Assembly (NCBI GenBank): GCA_965204345.1
Contig: OZ241981.1
Location: forward strand, 480,001 to 544,000
From: Nitrosopumilus sp.
Lineage (GTDB): Archaea > Thermoproteota > Nitrososphaeria > Nitrososphaerales > Nitrosopumilaceae
Direction: 5' to 3'
DNA: 64,000 nucleotides
Under the pieces are notes generated by a model. The model had not been told where the DNA came from. It was given only the letters and a program-made list of their open reading frames with translations, and ran no database searches. Below are positions 30,121 through 40,408 of the stretch, in pieces. Position 1 is the stretch's first letter, and the number at the start of each line of letters is the position of its first letter. Position numbers and translations under genes: made by a program.

Positions 30121-30201
30121 ACCTCAAAAGGCCTAATTTTTACATTGTATCAAATACAGACAACAAATTTGTATGTTCGTAGATAAAGTTAGAATCTTGG
30201 A

Positions 30202-30496
30202 TTAGCCAACTTGTGTGAAATACTCTCTAGATCTTTTATACACCCGATCCCTAGGTCGAATTCCTCGTACTATGATTAGGCAAGCAGTGTTTTTTTCAAC
30301 ACTGTAAACAACTTAGTCACCTATACGTAGAGATTTTAAACCTTGTAGGCTCCCAGTCAAACCTTCCCATATCGGGGTTATTTTTTAAATCAGATATTCC
30401 TTTAGTTATTCTCTTTAGGGTTTTGGGATCGCCTTTTTTTAGTTTGTGATATTCAGATTCGCATGAATCAGTTAATTGGATGGTGTAATTACACAT
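30202..30496 (-). pseudogene. RelE/ParE-family toxin, frameshifted
   Basis: Translated by eye: MCNYTIQLTDSCESEYHKLKKGDPKTLKRITKGISDLKNNPDMG / LTGSLQGLKSLRIGD / VVYSVEKN...PRDRVYK; the start overlaps the upstream stop. Confidence 0.7.
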
Positions 30497-30842
30497 TTGT
30501 CTTTACTTTGTCCCATGAAACTAAACATCCTTCTTTAACATCTTTAGTACTGCTGCGAAGCTGTTTTATCAATTCCTTATCTAAAAGGATTTCAAGAGTT
30601 TCACCTAGAGAACGACTTGCTTTAGGTTTTGTGATTTTAGATTTTTTAAAAATATCAACATGCACACGTTCTATGCCTACGGCTGGTTTGCTAGAACAGG
30701 CAGCATCAGCTAAAAAGAAGAATTTTTCTAACTCATCCACATTTTGGAATGATTTTTGTAATTGTGAAATGTTTTCTGGAAAATTTCTTTTTACTTTGGC
30801 CTGTGGAAAAACAGTTGTTATATGTTGTAATTTTAATGACAT
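30489..30842 (-). CDS. Putative antitoxin
   Basis: C-terminus TLEILLDKELIKQLRSS..DVKEG.LVSWDKV is antitoxin-like; directly upstream of the RelE remnant. Confidence 0.55.
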   Translation of the reverse strand: MSLKLQHITTVFPQAKVKRNFPENISQLQKSFQNVDELEKFFFLADAACSSKPAVGIERVHVDIFKKSKITKPKASRSLGETLEILLDKELIKQLRSSTKDVKEGCLVSWDKVKTNV

Positions 30843-31323
30843 CTAAATCAGTTCTATTTCCTCTAATTCGTTCCAGCCATCTTTGCATTGTTTTATTTTA
30901 AAATACGATTGCTTTTCTTTAACACATTGTAGAATTTTTGCTTTTTTCATATTTTTGTATACTTTTTTTTAGAAAATGTATAGATGCCAAGATTTCTAAT
31001 CGGTCAGGATCAGTTTTTTTATCTTCCATAAATGCTAAAAATTCTGCAAATCTTTTTTGTACATTTTTTTCAGCAAACGTGCCTTCTGGAACTTGTTTGT
31101 AGATAGTTTGTAAAGCAAATCCATCCTTTGTTAATCGTGTTAAATATGGTCCTCGCATGTAACAAGTAAATCCATAACCCAGGTAGACCCCAAACGATTG
31201 TAACAAGTAAACTGTTTTTTGTAATTTTAATCGTCCTTCAAAAGTAGACATGTCAAAATTATCTATATTCCGTAAACTAAACCAAAATCAACAACTGAAT
31301 TTGCCAATACTAGTCACACCCAT
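30843..31323 (-). pseudogene. SocA/Panacea/YwgA-like protein, disrupted
   Basis: RLKLQKTVYLLQ..G..LGY.F..Y.RGPY motif; upstream in-frame stop and a frameshift in the T run near 30965. Confidence 0.65.
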
Positions 31324-31722
31324 AGGTTGCTGCAAAACTATTTATTTTAAATATATTTTCAAAAAAAGGAATCTATCATTTTTGATTTATCGCGCATTTT
31401 TGTTAAATTCAACATGCTAAACTGCGGCTTTTTTGTCCTTAATTAATGCCATATGATCTGCTTTTTGCAGGCGTTTTTGGTATCTTCAGGCGCGTATTAT
31501 CCACTGCCTGTTGGCTTTGCCTCCACAATTCCCATACCAGTCAAAAAAGACCCTAAATGAAAAACACGCATGTGCAAAGCGTGATCTTGATCACCAGAAT
31601 GTACCAACAGGAATTTTTAAGAGAGAGAATTGGGATAAATTATTCAAGCCTAAATCATATCATTTAAAAAAATACAGAGAACCGAAATGCACATACACTA
31701 GTAAAATTCACTGGAAAATGAA

Positions 31723-32022
31723 ATGATTACTTTGGAACACAGAATTCTTAGCGAGTATAGAATAAAGATAGCAAAGATTGAAACTTTGGCCAGATCCATA
31801 ATTACTCACAGATCCCCAAAAGGAAGAGAAGCAAGAGAGGCATCAGAGTTTTTAGATGTTCTAATCAACGAGACTGACAAATTCTATGAGAGTAATAGTA
31901 CCATTTTGTCAAATAATGGGAAAAGACCACATGATCGTTCACGCCTTCCAGAAACCAAAGAATGGAACGATAACATAGAGAAATTTTATGAAAAGAACCC
32001 ACGAAAAAGACCTAGAAAATAA
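31723..32022 (+). CDS. Hypothetical protein
   Basis: 99-aa ORF with ordinary composition. Confidence 0.65.
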   Translation: MITLEHRILSEYRIKIAKIETLARSIITHRSPKGREAREASEFLDVLINETDKFYESNSTILSNNGKRPHDRSRLPETKEWNDNIEKFYEKNPRKRPRK

Positions 32023-32129
32023 TCCAAACACTTATCCATCAAGGAATATCTGAAATTAGTAATTGGTTTGCACGCCAAATTATGTTAACCTAGCTAGTGG
32101 CTCATACCCCTAGTCAGGATTTCATAATA

Positions 32130-32152
32130 CTTGAGGGGACTTGCCCCTCAAG
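32130..32152. terminator. 9-bp stem-loop between convergent genes
   Basis: cttgagggg-acttg-cccctcaag. Confidence 0.5.
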
Positions 32153-32171
32153 GACATTAAAAATTATTCAA

Positions 32172-32789
32172 TTAAACTACCCATTCAGATATTTCAATAT
32201 CCATACCTTCTTGCGATTCATGTTTCACAATTTTTTTTACTGCATTTACCTCAAAAATTATGTGATCATGATCTTCTTCAATCAAGCCAATTCCAAGAAT
32301 AGTTTTGTCCTTATTAGAATAGTCAGATAAAACATCACAGAAAATTTTCAACATATTGTCTATATCTTTATTATATCGCGTGTATTGTTTAGGATCTTTA
32401 AATAGGTAAAAACATACAGAGACAGATAATCGTTTACCTCTTGTTTTCCTTTTAATATTAGAAATATCAGCAATTTCTTTAGATAATTTTTCTTGTAATA
32501 GCTTTTTATGACATGCATCAGTTTTTCCACCTCCAGTCATAGGAGTAAATTCTCGGATAGAAAATTTGGCCAGCAGATGTTCACCGTAGATTTTTTTTAT
32601 TTTCCTCTCCTGATATTGTTGTATAAAAAAGAAAGCGATAATAGATACAATCCCCCAACCTATTGCCCATTCGATTCTATGTTCAGTCAGTGAATGAAGA
32701 CTGAATGCAACCAAAATACCAATAGCTAGAATATATAGTACAAACTTATTTTGAAAGTGTAATAATTGCACATTATGTTTTTTTGTCAT
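32172..32789 (-). CDS. RusA-like nuclease domain with two N-terminal TM helices
   Basis: KDIDNMLKIFCDVL...G.IEED.D..I RusA-type motif. Confidence 0.65.
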   Translation of the reverse strand: MTKKHNVQLLHFQNKFVLYILAIGILVAFSLHSLTEHRIEWAIGWGIVSIIAFFFIQQYQERKIKKIYGEHLLAKFSIREFTPMTGGGKTDACHKKLLQEKLSKEIADISNIKRKTRGKRLSVSVCFYLFKDPKQYTRYNKDIDNMLKIFCDVLSDYSNKDKTILGIGLIEEDHDHIIFEVNAVKKIVKHESQEGMDIEISEWVV

Positions 32790-33149
32790 TTTATTTAATT
32801 CCTAAATTTTTAATCAACTATATTTTTTTACCAGGAGGTAATATTGTACCTTTTAGATGATAGCAACAATCATTTTTTAATAATGAACTTACTTTTTCAT
32901 TAAATTCTTCCCAACCAGAATGAGAATGATAAATTGACTCAACATTACATGTAACATCAGTGATTTTACGTTCTTGATCAATAACCAAAATAAATACTGC
33001 AATAACTCTATGTCCATCGTAAATTAATTCTTGACATACACGTAATCATCCATCGATTACTCCAGCATTTTCAATCAACAGTAAACCCATGTTTAATTAA
33101 CACAGGTCTTAAATCAACTTCAAACACATAAAGAAAATCACGCCAGAGT

Positions 33150-33470
33150 CTATGAAATCTGGACTTGTACGTATTGAGTCAACAGTTGAGAGTATTCTTC
33201 TTTGATTCTAAACTTGTAAGGAATTTTTACTTCTTCATTAGAATCAGCAACTCCTTCTGGGAACTCGGGATAAGTTTCAATGACTTTTACTTCATTGATT
33301 AATCTATCAAGAGTAAACCAAATTGATGCCTCATCAAACTTAATTTTATTTTTAAGAGTTTCAAAATCATATCCTGTGTTATTTTTTGCAAATAATTGAC
33401 CTAAAGATCTACAAGTGTTGCTAGTATTAGGACTGGCAAATGCTTCTCTCATTATTTGTTCTGGATTCAT
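33150..33470 (-). CDS. Hypothetical protein
   Basis: 106-aa ORF, possibly wHTH. Confidence 0.5.
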   Translation of the reverse strand: MNPEQIMREAFASPNTSNTCRSLGQLFAKNNTGYDFETLKNKIKFDEASIWFTLDRLINEVKVIETYPEFPEGVADSNEEVKIPYKFRIKEEYSQLLTQYVQVQIS

Positions 33471-34007
33471 TTTAATTCCTCGTGAGATTGAATTTCGACA
33501 ATCTCACTATAAAACCTTTCATAGCAATCACTAGTGAAAAATGCCTTATCAACAAGGGTATGTAATATGAAGAAACTACCAATTAATCCACAGGAATGGC
33601 GACCAAGCATTAGATGTTTGATGAGTCAAGAGATATTTATCATTCTCAAATAAGGATATTTGATTTTGTTGGAAAAAAGTAAAAGTTTGGGGAGCCTATG
33701 AAATTAGGGCAAATATAAGATCTTAAATTTTAGATCCAGAACATGTAGTTTTATTTATAAAAAATTCATCTTTAAAAAATATTTTTGATCTATCAAAAAC
33801 AATGCAACCAAACGATTGAGTTTTAGAAGTTGTTTGATATCTATAAACAAATTTGGTTTCTAATTTTAGAGGATTTCTGCATCTTTTTAATTTCTCTTTT
33901 TGTATTTGATTAATCAGTCCAGTAATTTGTTAAAATCCAATTTGGCCAAGATTCATTTTCATATTTTGTATAATAGGACACCGGACCCTAGTTGTCTCCC
34001 CTGTACA

Positions 34008-35897
34008 CTACATTCTATTAGGAGCTCTTATCCCAAGTAAGTCCAGTGCCTTCTCCAGAGTAATTTTAAAAGAGTTTACCAGGCATAAGCGAGATTCTTC
34101 AAGAGATTCATCATCCAAACCCAAGACCTTGGATTTTTCATAAAAAGAGTTGAACGCGACTGCAAGGTTATGACAGTATCTGGCAATTATCTTTGGAGAT
34201 AAATTATTTGCAGCATCTCTTACTTGTAAGTTAAAGAGACCGATATTTTTAATCAAGTCTAGTTCAAACGGCTCTTTTAGCAAAGAAAAATCAACGTCAA
34301 ATGAAGGAGTGCGGCCAGATTTTTCCACAATTCTTGATGCACGAGCATGAGTATACTGGATGTATGGTGCAGTATCACCCTCCAGACTAAGGGACTTTGT
34401 CAAGTCAAACGTAATAATTTTATCCAAATCCTGTTTTATCATCTCATATCGTAGCGTACCAACTGAAACATGGTGTGCAATTTGTTCTATTTGAGAAGAA
34501 TCCATTTCAGGATGTCGCCTAGAGGTTTCTGCCTTTGTTTTTTCTTTTAGCATATCATATACGGAATCGGCATTAACATACAATCCCTTTCGTCCAGACA
34601 TTTGGGCTTGCTTTCCATCAGTTTCTAATCCAAGGGTTTTTGCAGTATCAGAGCTTAGAGTAACAGACTCGTATCCCAAATGAACATATGCGTCTGGGAC
34701 TGATTTGAACTTGCCCATCAGTGATGTAACAATTTTTTGCAGTCTAGCCTGTCTAGAATCAATTACAGTCACAACCTTTTCAGCAGCAAAGTTTTGGGGC
34801 GTATTGGCACCACCATTACCCAATGCGGTTTGCCACAAAACTCTAGATAATGGCTGGGAACTCGGATATTTTTCATATCTGAAAGGATCATCTAACAGGC
34901 CTAATTTCCATGCGGCATAAGGAATGTCCTTTGCAACATAGGTTGCAGTCCCATTGCTTCGGACAATTACCTTATCCTCTTCTTTTCCTTTGCCACGAAT
35001 CACCCAACAGCCCTTGTTTTTTCCATCATCCTCAAATTCTACAAGATTCATTTCTTTGAGTTTTTCAAAGATTTTACCCCACAGACCCGAACGAATTATC
35101 TGGGATTCAAAATTCAGGCAATCATATGAGACGCCTAAATTCCAGCAAGTTTCAAGCTGTCCTGCCAAAACACGACGTGTGATTTTGTCTGCAAACTTTG
35201 CAGTTTCAGATTCGCCGTCTTCAAGTTCCTTTAGAACATTCTTTCTGATCTCCTCAAGACTCGGGTCAGTCTCATATTTCTCAGTGGTCTTGACATAGAC
35301 ATCATCCCCACAATAATGATCAAATTTTTTTCGGTCAGGAGGTTCCAAATCATATCCAAGATGCCTGAATCCAACTATGATATCGGCTACTTGTAGTCCA
35401 GAATCATCAACATAGTTTAACACGTTGACCTTGTAGCTTGCTTTTTCCAAAATCCTAGATACGGTATCGCCAATTATGATATTTCGTATGTGGCCAATGT
35501 GAAGGGCCTTATTTGGATTTACGCTGGTATGTTCAACTGTAATTACAGAATTATTGCCAATCCCAACATCGCCAAAAGTATCAAGGTACGACTCAGACAA
35601 AATCAACTGACTGAGCCTGTTCCAATTGGCAACAAAGTTAAGATATCCTGAGGCATGTGGTACAGAATTTAGCACCAGGGTGCTTGCACATCTGGAATAT
35701 TTTTCAGATAGCATTTCAGAGATTTCTTTGGGGCTTTTTTTGAGCTGCTTTGCAAGTAGAAACGGAAGATTGGAACTGACATCTCCAAAACCAGTTTTTG
35801 CAGGTTCGACAGAAAATGATACGTCTGAAACAGACAGATCAGATAAAATTTTGTTTAAGTTATTTTCAATTTCATCGATAATAGACTTGAATGTCAT
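34008..35897 (-). CDS. argS: Arginine--tRNA ligase
   Basis: EHTSVNPNKALHIGHIRN, MSGRKG and PYIQYTHAR motifs. Confidence 0.97.
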   Translation of the reverse strand: MTFKSIIDEIENNLNKILSDLSVSDVSFSVEPAKTGFGDVSSNLPFLLAKQLKKSPKEISEMLSEKYSRCASTLVLNSVPHASGYLNFVANWNRLSQLILSESYLDTFGDVGIGNNSVITVEHTSVNPNKALHIGHIRNIIIGDTVSRILEKASYKVNVLNYVDDSGLQVADIIVGFRHLGYDLEPPDRKKFDHYCGDDVYVKTTEKYETDPSLEEIRKNVLKELEDGESETAKFADKITRRVLAGQLETCWNLGVSYDCLNFESQIIRSGLWGKIFEKLKEMNLVEFEDDGKNKGCWVIRGKGKEEDKVIVRSNGTATYVAKDIPYAAWKLGLLDDPFRYEKYPSSQPLSRVLWQTALGNGGANTPQNFAAEKVVTVIDSRQARLQKIVTSLMGKFKSVPDAYVHLGYESVTLSSDTAKTLGLETDGKQAQMSGRKGLYVNADSVYDMLKEKTKAETSRRHPEMDSSQIEQIAHHVSVGTLRYEMIKQDLDKIITFDLTKSLSLEGDTAPYIQYTHARASRIVEKSGRTPSFDVDFSLLKEPFELDLIKNIGLFNLQVRDAANNLSPKIIARYCHNLAVAFNSFYEKSKVLGLDDESLEESRLCLVNSFKITLEKALDLLGIRAPNRM

Positions 35898-35898
35898 G

Positions 35899-36594
35899 TT
35901 ATATCTCAGATAGCTTGGGTGCTAATTTATCTAATGCCTCAAGAACACCCTCTCCTGCACTAGCAGAGACTGTCATAGTAGCCCTTGATTTTACATAATC
36001 TGAAGCATTACCCAGTGCAACGCTTGTTTTTGAGACCTCAAACAGTGAGACGTCAGTGGCACTATCGCCAATGGCTATAACATCGTCTTTTAAAATTGAC
36101 AGCCTCTCCATGATTTTGGTAAATCCAGTCCCCTTGTCAATTCCAGGGGAATTGAGGTGGTATGCATATTGGCTGTCAGATAATTTTACATCAACGTGAT
36201 TGTCTGAAAGAACCTTTCTTGCAAGATCCAAGTCAAAGGTTCTCTCCAAAACAACTTCAGTCATCCTAGGAAAGACAGGCTTTTCCTTGACATTCTCAAC
36301 ATTGTTTTTGATTATTTCTAATGCTTTTTTACATTCCCCAAGGTTGCCAAGCAAGATATGTTCATCAGAATCCAGCGTAATGCATCCGCCGTTTTCACCA
36401 ACGGTAATTTTTGTGGTACCTCCAAAAACAGAAAGCAAAAAGCCTTCAACAGATGAGCGGCCAGTTACAAAGATAACATTATGGCCCATGGCAGTCAAGC
36501 GTCTTAATGCCCCTAGTGCTTCAAGGTGAATTCTCCCTCCGCCGTTTTCAGTAATGGTTCCATCAATATCTACGGCAAATGTTCTCTTTTTCAC
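35899..36594 (-). CDS. Phosphoglycolate phosphatase, archaeal HAD IIB type
   Basis: DIDGTIT, VTGR, ENGG and AIGDSATD motifs. Confidence 0.88.
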   Translation of the reverse strand: MKKRTFAVDIDGTITENGGGRIHLEALGALRRLTAMGHNVIFVTGRSSVEGFLLSVFGGTTKITVGENGGCITLDSDEHILLGNLGECKKALEIIKNNVENVKEKPVFPRMTEVVLERTFDLDLARKVLSDNHVDVKLSDSQYAYHLNSPGIDKGTGFTKIMERLSILKDDVIAIGDSATDVSLFEVSKTSVALGNASDYVKSRATMTVSASAGEGVLEALDKLAPKLSEI

Positions 36595-36683
36595 AAAAAT
36601 TGTTTTTAGAACCGAATAATATTTGCTACGTATCTAAAGTAATACGGTTTTATTTGAAAGAATGACACAAGAGATGAGCAGTA

Positions 36684-37793
36684 TTGGGAATTCCTGAAAA
36701 AATCAAGGCCATACAAGACGAGATGGCAAAAACCCAGATCAACAAAGCTACAGAACATCACCTGGGATTGCTCAAAGCAAAGATTGCAAAGTTGAAAAGA
36801 GAGCAGGAGGCAGACATTACCAAAAAATCAGGAATGAAGCAGGACGGATTTGATGTAAGGAGAAGCGGTGATGCCACAGTCGTATTTATCGGATTGCCAA
36901 GTGTTGGAAAATCAACATTGCTAAACAAGATGACAGGGGCAAAATCCACGGTAGGTGCTTTTCAGTTTACAACACTTACAGTGGTTCCGGGAATGATGGA
37001 ATATAGGGGTGCAAAGATCCAAGTACTAGATCTTCCAGGAATCATCAAGGGTGCATCCACAGGCAAAGGACTGGGAAAGAGAATCTTGTCAGTTGCAAGA
37101 AGCGCAGACCTAGTATTATTGGTGCTAGACGTGTTTCAGCCATATCATGAAGACGTGCTAGTAAACGAATTAGGAAACATAGGAATTAGATTAAATCAGT
37201 TACCGCCAAACATCACAATTGAAAAAGCATCCATGGGGGGAATTGCAATTGCACAGCAAGTTAAATTAACAAAAATTACGGAAAAACATCTCAAAGACAT
37301 TTTGCATCTTTATGGAATAGTAAGCGCACGTGTGGTAATAAGGGAAGACCTCACCTCAGAGCAGCTATCAGACCATATTGCAGGAAACATCAGCTATTCA
37401 AAGGCAATTACAATTTTAAACAAAATCGATTTAGTTGATCAGGCGTTCTTGAAAAATTTAAAAACAAAAATAAAATCAGAGGTGATAGAGGTATCTGCAA
37501 ACTCGGATGTAAACATTGAGGTACTAAAAGAAAGAATATATGAAAAATTAAAATTTATCAGAATTTATCTCAGGCCAAAAGGAGGGGAAACGGATTTCAA
37601 GGAGCCGCTGATTGCAAGGGAGGGAGACACAGTTGAAGACATTTGTAACAAATTACACAGAAGGCTAAGACGTGAGTTTAGGTACGGCTTGGTTTGGGGC
37701 AAAAGCGTAAAATTTGGAGGACAAAGGGTGGGCTTGAACCATATTTTGATTGATGAGGATGTGTTAACAATAATCAAAAGAAAAGGAGCATAG
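36684..37793 (+). CDS. DRG/Rbg family GTPase
   Basis: GLPSVGKS, FTTLT, DLPG and NKID motifs; TGS domain. Confidence 0.95.
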   Translation: MGIPEKIKAIQDEMAKTQINKATEHHLGLLKAKIAKLKREQEADITKKSGMKQDGFDVRRSGDATVVFIGLPSVGKSTLLNKMTGAKSTVGAFQFTTLTVVPGMMEYRGAKIQVLDLPGIIKGASTGKGLGKRILSVARSADLVLLVLDVFQPYHEDVLVNELGNIGIRLNQLPPNITIEKASMGGIAIAQQVKLTKITEKHLKDILHLYGIVSARVVIREDLTSEQLSDHIAGNISYSKAITILNKIDLVDQAFLKNLKTKIKSEVIEVSANSDVNIEVLKERIYEKLKFIRIYLRPKGGETDFKEPLIAREGDTVEDICNKLHRRLRREFRYGLVWGKSVKFGGQRVGLNHILIDEDVLTIIKRKGA

Positions 37794-38064
37794 CAGTATC
37801 AGAGATGGATCAAAAAATGATCAGCAAAGGCAAGTAAAAAGCGAGATAACAAAAAAGACGCAACTGGAATTAAAAAAAACAGCTTTTGCAAGCACAAAAA
37901 AGAGTTCAAGCTGCATGTTACATTAGAACAAGAAATAACAAGACATAATCAAAGACAAAAAACAGATCGGATAAAATAACGATCAAGGGAGAAAATTATG
38001 AAAAACTACTTGACAAATAGTAATCAATTTGTGTAAATTTCTTTAGTTTAACCACTGAAAAACA

Positions 38065-38442
38065 ATGAAAATGTCGAATTCAGTAATGGCTACAAAAAGA
38101 AAAGCTGCTGTTAAACGTAGACCAACTAAAAAATCTACAAAAGCAGCTCCAAAAAGAAAAGCTACTAGAAAGACTGCCGTTAAACGTAAAGCAGCTCCAA
38201 AGAGAAAGGCAGCAGCAAAACGTAAAGCAGCTCCAAAGAGAAAGACTGCCGTTAAACGTAAAGCAGCTCCAAAGAGAAAGGCAGCAGCAAAACGTAAAGC
38301 AGCTCCAAAGAGAAAGACTGCCGTTAAACGTAAAGCAGCTCCAAAGAGAAAGGCAGCAGCAAAACGTAAAGCAGCTCCAAAGAGAAAGACTGCCGTTAAA
38401 CGTAAAGCAGCTCCAAAGAGAAAGGCAGCTAAAAGGCGATAA
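38065..38442 (+). CDS. Histone H1-like Lys/Ala/Arg-rich repeat protein
   Basis: 24-aa (72-bp) perfect tandem unit KTAVKRKAAPKRKAAAKRKAAPKR, about 3.7 copies. Confidence 0.8.
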   Translation: MKMSNSVMATKRKAAVKRRPTKKSTKAAPKRKATRKTAVKRKAAPKRKAAAKRKAAPKRKTAVKRKAAPKRKAAAKRKAAPKRKTAVKRKAAPKRKAAAKRKAAPKRKTAVKRKAAPKRKAAKRR

Positions 38443-38643
38443 GACCGTCAAAAAATTAACAATCGTCATGCAGACGACGAATTGTTTCCATTTTTCTAAA
38501 TACTAAATTAGTGTTGACTGTAAATTTTTTTTCAAAAGAAAAAAATTAAAAAAATGAAACTAAAAAACAAGTTTTGATTCTCAATTAGCTTTCTTTGGCC
38601 GAATTAATCATTCGTGTACCACATAAAAAACAAATTTTGATTG

Positions 38644-40305
38644 TCAATAAAGATAGCTCATTAATTTAATTTGATCTTCAGTTGTGATGACATTTTTGCT
38701 TGTCAAAATTTCCAACAGATCCTTAAAAATTGCCTTTTGTTCAGAGGACATGCCGCCAGATGGGCCCTTTTCTCCCGGCGGGCCAGGCGGACCCCTGGGA
38801 CCGGCAAGACCTATAGGGCCTTGTTCGCCAACAGGACCCTGTTCGCCAATGGTTCCAATGGGGCCGATGGGGCCGCGCTCACCTTGTGGGCCTTGAATTC
38901 CTTGCGGGCCCTGTGGGCCTTTTTCTCCAGAGGGACCAGTTGTTCCGCGCTCACCTTGGGAACCTTGCGGGCCCTGTGGGCCTTTTTCTCCAGTTGAACC
39001 AATGGGCCCTGTGGGGCCTTTTTCCCCAATGGGACCAAGTGCGCCCTTGTTTCCTTTTTCTCCCTGAGGGCCCGGAACTCCGGTTAATCCTTTAGCGCCG
39101 GCAGGACCCTGCGGGCCTTGTGGGCCTTTTTCTCCAATTGTACCTTCAGGACCCTTGTTTCCTTTTTCTCCAATGGGACCGGGGGGACCTACATGGCCTT
39201 TGTCACCGGATGGTCCAGTCGGACCGGTTAATCCCTTGTCACCTAATGGCCCGGGCGGACCCAACGGGCCTTTTTCTCCAATGGGACCCAACGGGCCTTT
39301 TTCTCCAATGGGACCGGGGCCGCCTTGAATTCCTTTTTCTCCTTGAACGCCAGTAAGACCGGTGGGACCTTTTTCTCCGGGAGGACCAGTAGTACCGGTT
39401 AATCCCTTGTCACCGGGAGGACCTTGTATGCCCTTGTCACCTTTTTCTCCGGGAACTCCCCTTAGTCCAGTAGCACCCTTGTCGCCGGTCGGACCGGTTG
39501 GGCCTTTTTCTCCAGTAGAACCAAGTGGGCCTTTTAATCCAGACAGTCCCTTGTCGCCGGGAGGACCAGTAGGGCCTTTTTCTCCCTTGTCACCTGGAGG
39601 ACCGGTAACTCCCTTGTCACCCTTGTCACCCTTGTCGCCGGTAATTCCCTTGTCGCCGGTAATTCCCTTGTCACCTGCAATTCCCTTGTCACCAGTTGAA
39701 CCCTTATCGCCGGTCGGACCCTTATCGCCGGTCGGACCCTTTGATCCCTCAGGACCCTTAATTCCAATTGGACCTTGTTGTCCGGGAGGGCCTGCAGGAC
39801 CCTTGTCGCCGGGAGGACCAGTAGAACCTGTCAGTCCCTTGTTGCCTGGAGGACCAGTAGGACCAGTAGAACCTGTGAGAGTGGATTTTACAGAACGTCC
39901 AGATTTTGGACTTTTAGCATCAGTTTTTGTTGGAGGTTTTGGTGTTGGTTCAAATTTAGTTCCATGCTGTAAGGGAGATGTTCTTGCTAAAGGAATATCA
40001 AAAACCGTGTGTAATGAAGAGAATAAATCAGTTACAACAATCCAAATTTTATCAAGACTTGCAATGGAGGCAGGGAGGGGATTGGAAGGAGTGCCAAGAG
40101 TTTCAGAAAAACTGCCATCCTTAACTCTAAGATGGAAATTTCCACGCCATAAAGATGAGAATTGTCTGGATCGAATCTCCTCATCTGAGGGTCTGCTATC
40201 AGTAATTGTGATTTGGGCTTCATATACACCAGATTGTTTGAATGGTGCCTGCCCCTGAATCTCTAATCGTGGCTGAGAGGACACAATCGTTTGTTGATAT
40301 TTCAA
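38644..40305 (-). CDS. Collagen-like protein
   Basis: Long Gly-X-Y tract after a globular N-terminal domain. Confidence 0.9.
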   Translation of the reverse strand: MKYQQTIVSSQPRLEIQGQAPFKQSGVYEAQITITDSRPSDEEIRSRQFSSLWRGNFHLRVKDGSFSETLGTPSNPLPASIASLDKIWIVVTDLFSSLHTVFDIPLARTSPLQHGTKFEPTPKPPTKTDAKSPKSGRSVKSTLTGSTGPTGPPGNKGLTGSTGPPGDKGPAGPPGQQGPIGIKGPEGSKGPTGDKGPTGDKGSTGDKGIAGDKGITGDKGITGDKGDKGDKGVTGPPGDKGEKGPTGPPGDKGLSGLKGPLGSTGEKGPTGPTGDKGATGLRGVPGEKGDKGIQGPPGDKGLTGTTGPPGEKGPTGLTGVQGEKGIQGGPGPIGEKGPLGPIGEKGPLGPPGPLGDKGLTGPTGPSGDKGHVGPPGPIGEKGNKGPEGTIGEKGPQGPQGPAGAKGLTGVPGPQGEKGNKGALGPIGEKGPTGPIGSTGEKGPQGPQGSQGERGTTGPSGEKGPQGPQGIQGPQGERGPIGPIGTIGEQGPVGEQGPIGLAGPRGPPGPPGEKGPSGGMSSEQKAIFKDLLEILTSKNVITTEDQIKLMSYLY

Positions 40306-40408
40306 GTATTTCTGTATTTAGATCGCATCAATACTTTCAAAACAGAGTGAGATGCCAATAGGCTCAATTAAGGATGGTATTTATCTAGATAAAATCGCAA
40401 TTTGAGCT

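Noticed and set aside
32795-33091. Broken minus-strand frame, possibly a gene remnant
   Set aside because: Internal stops and no motif I can assign with confidence.
38170-38430. 72-bp period in the H1-like gene as another spacer scar
   Set aside because: Pure tandem coding repeat with no unique insert.
38080-38469. Cys/Trp-rich repeat ORF on the minus strand
   Set aside because: Antisense of the H1-like gene.
39362-40258. 298-aa Pro-rich + strand ORF
   Set aside because: Antisense shadow of the collagen Gly-X-Y codons.
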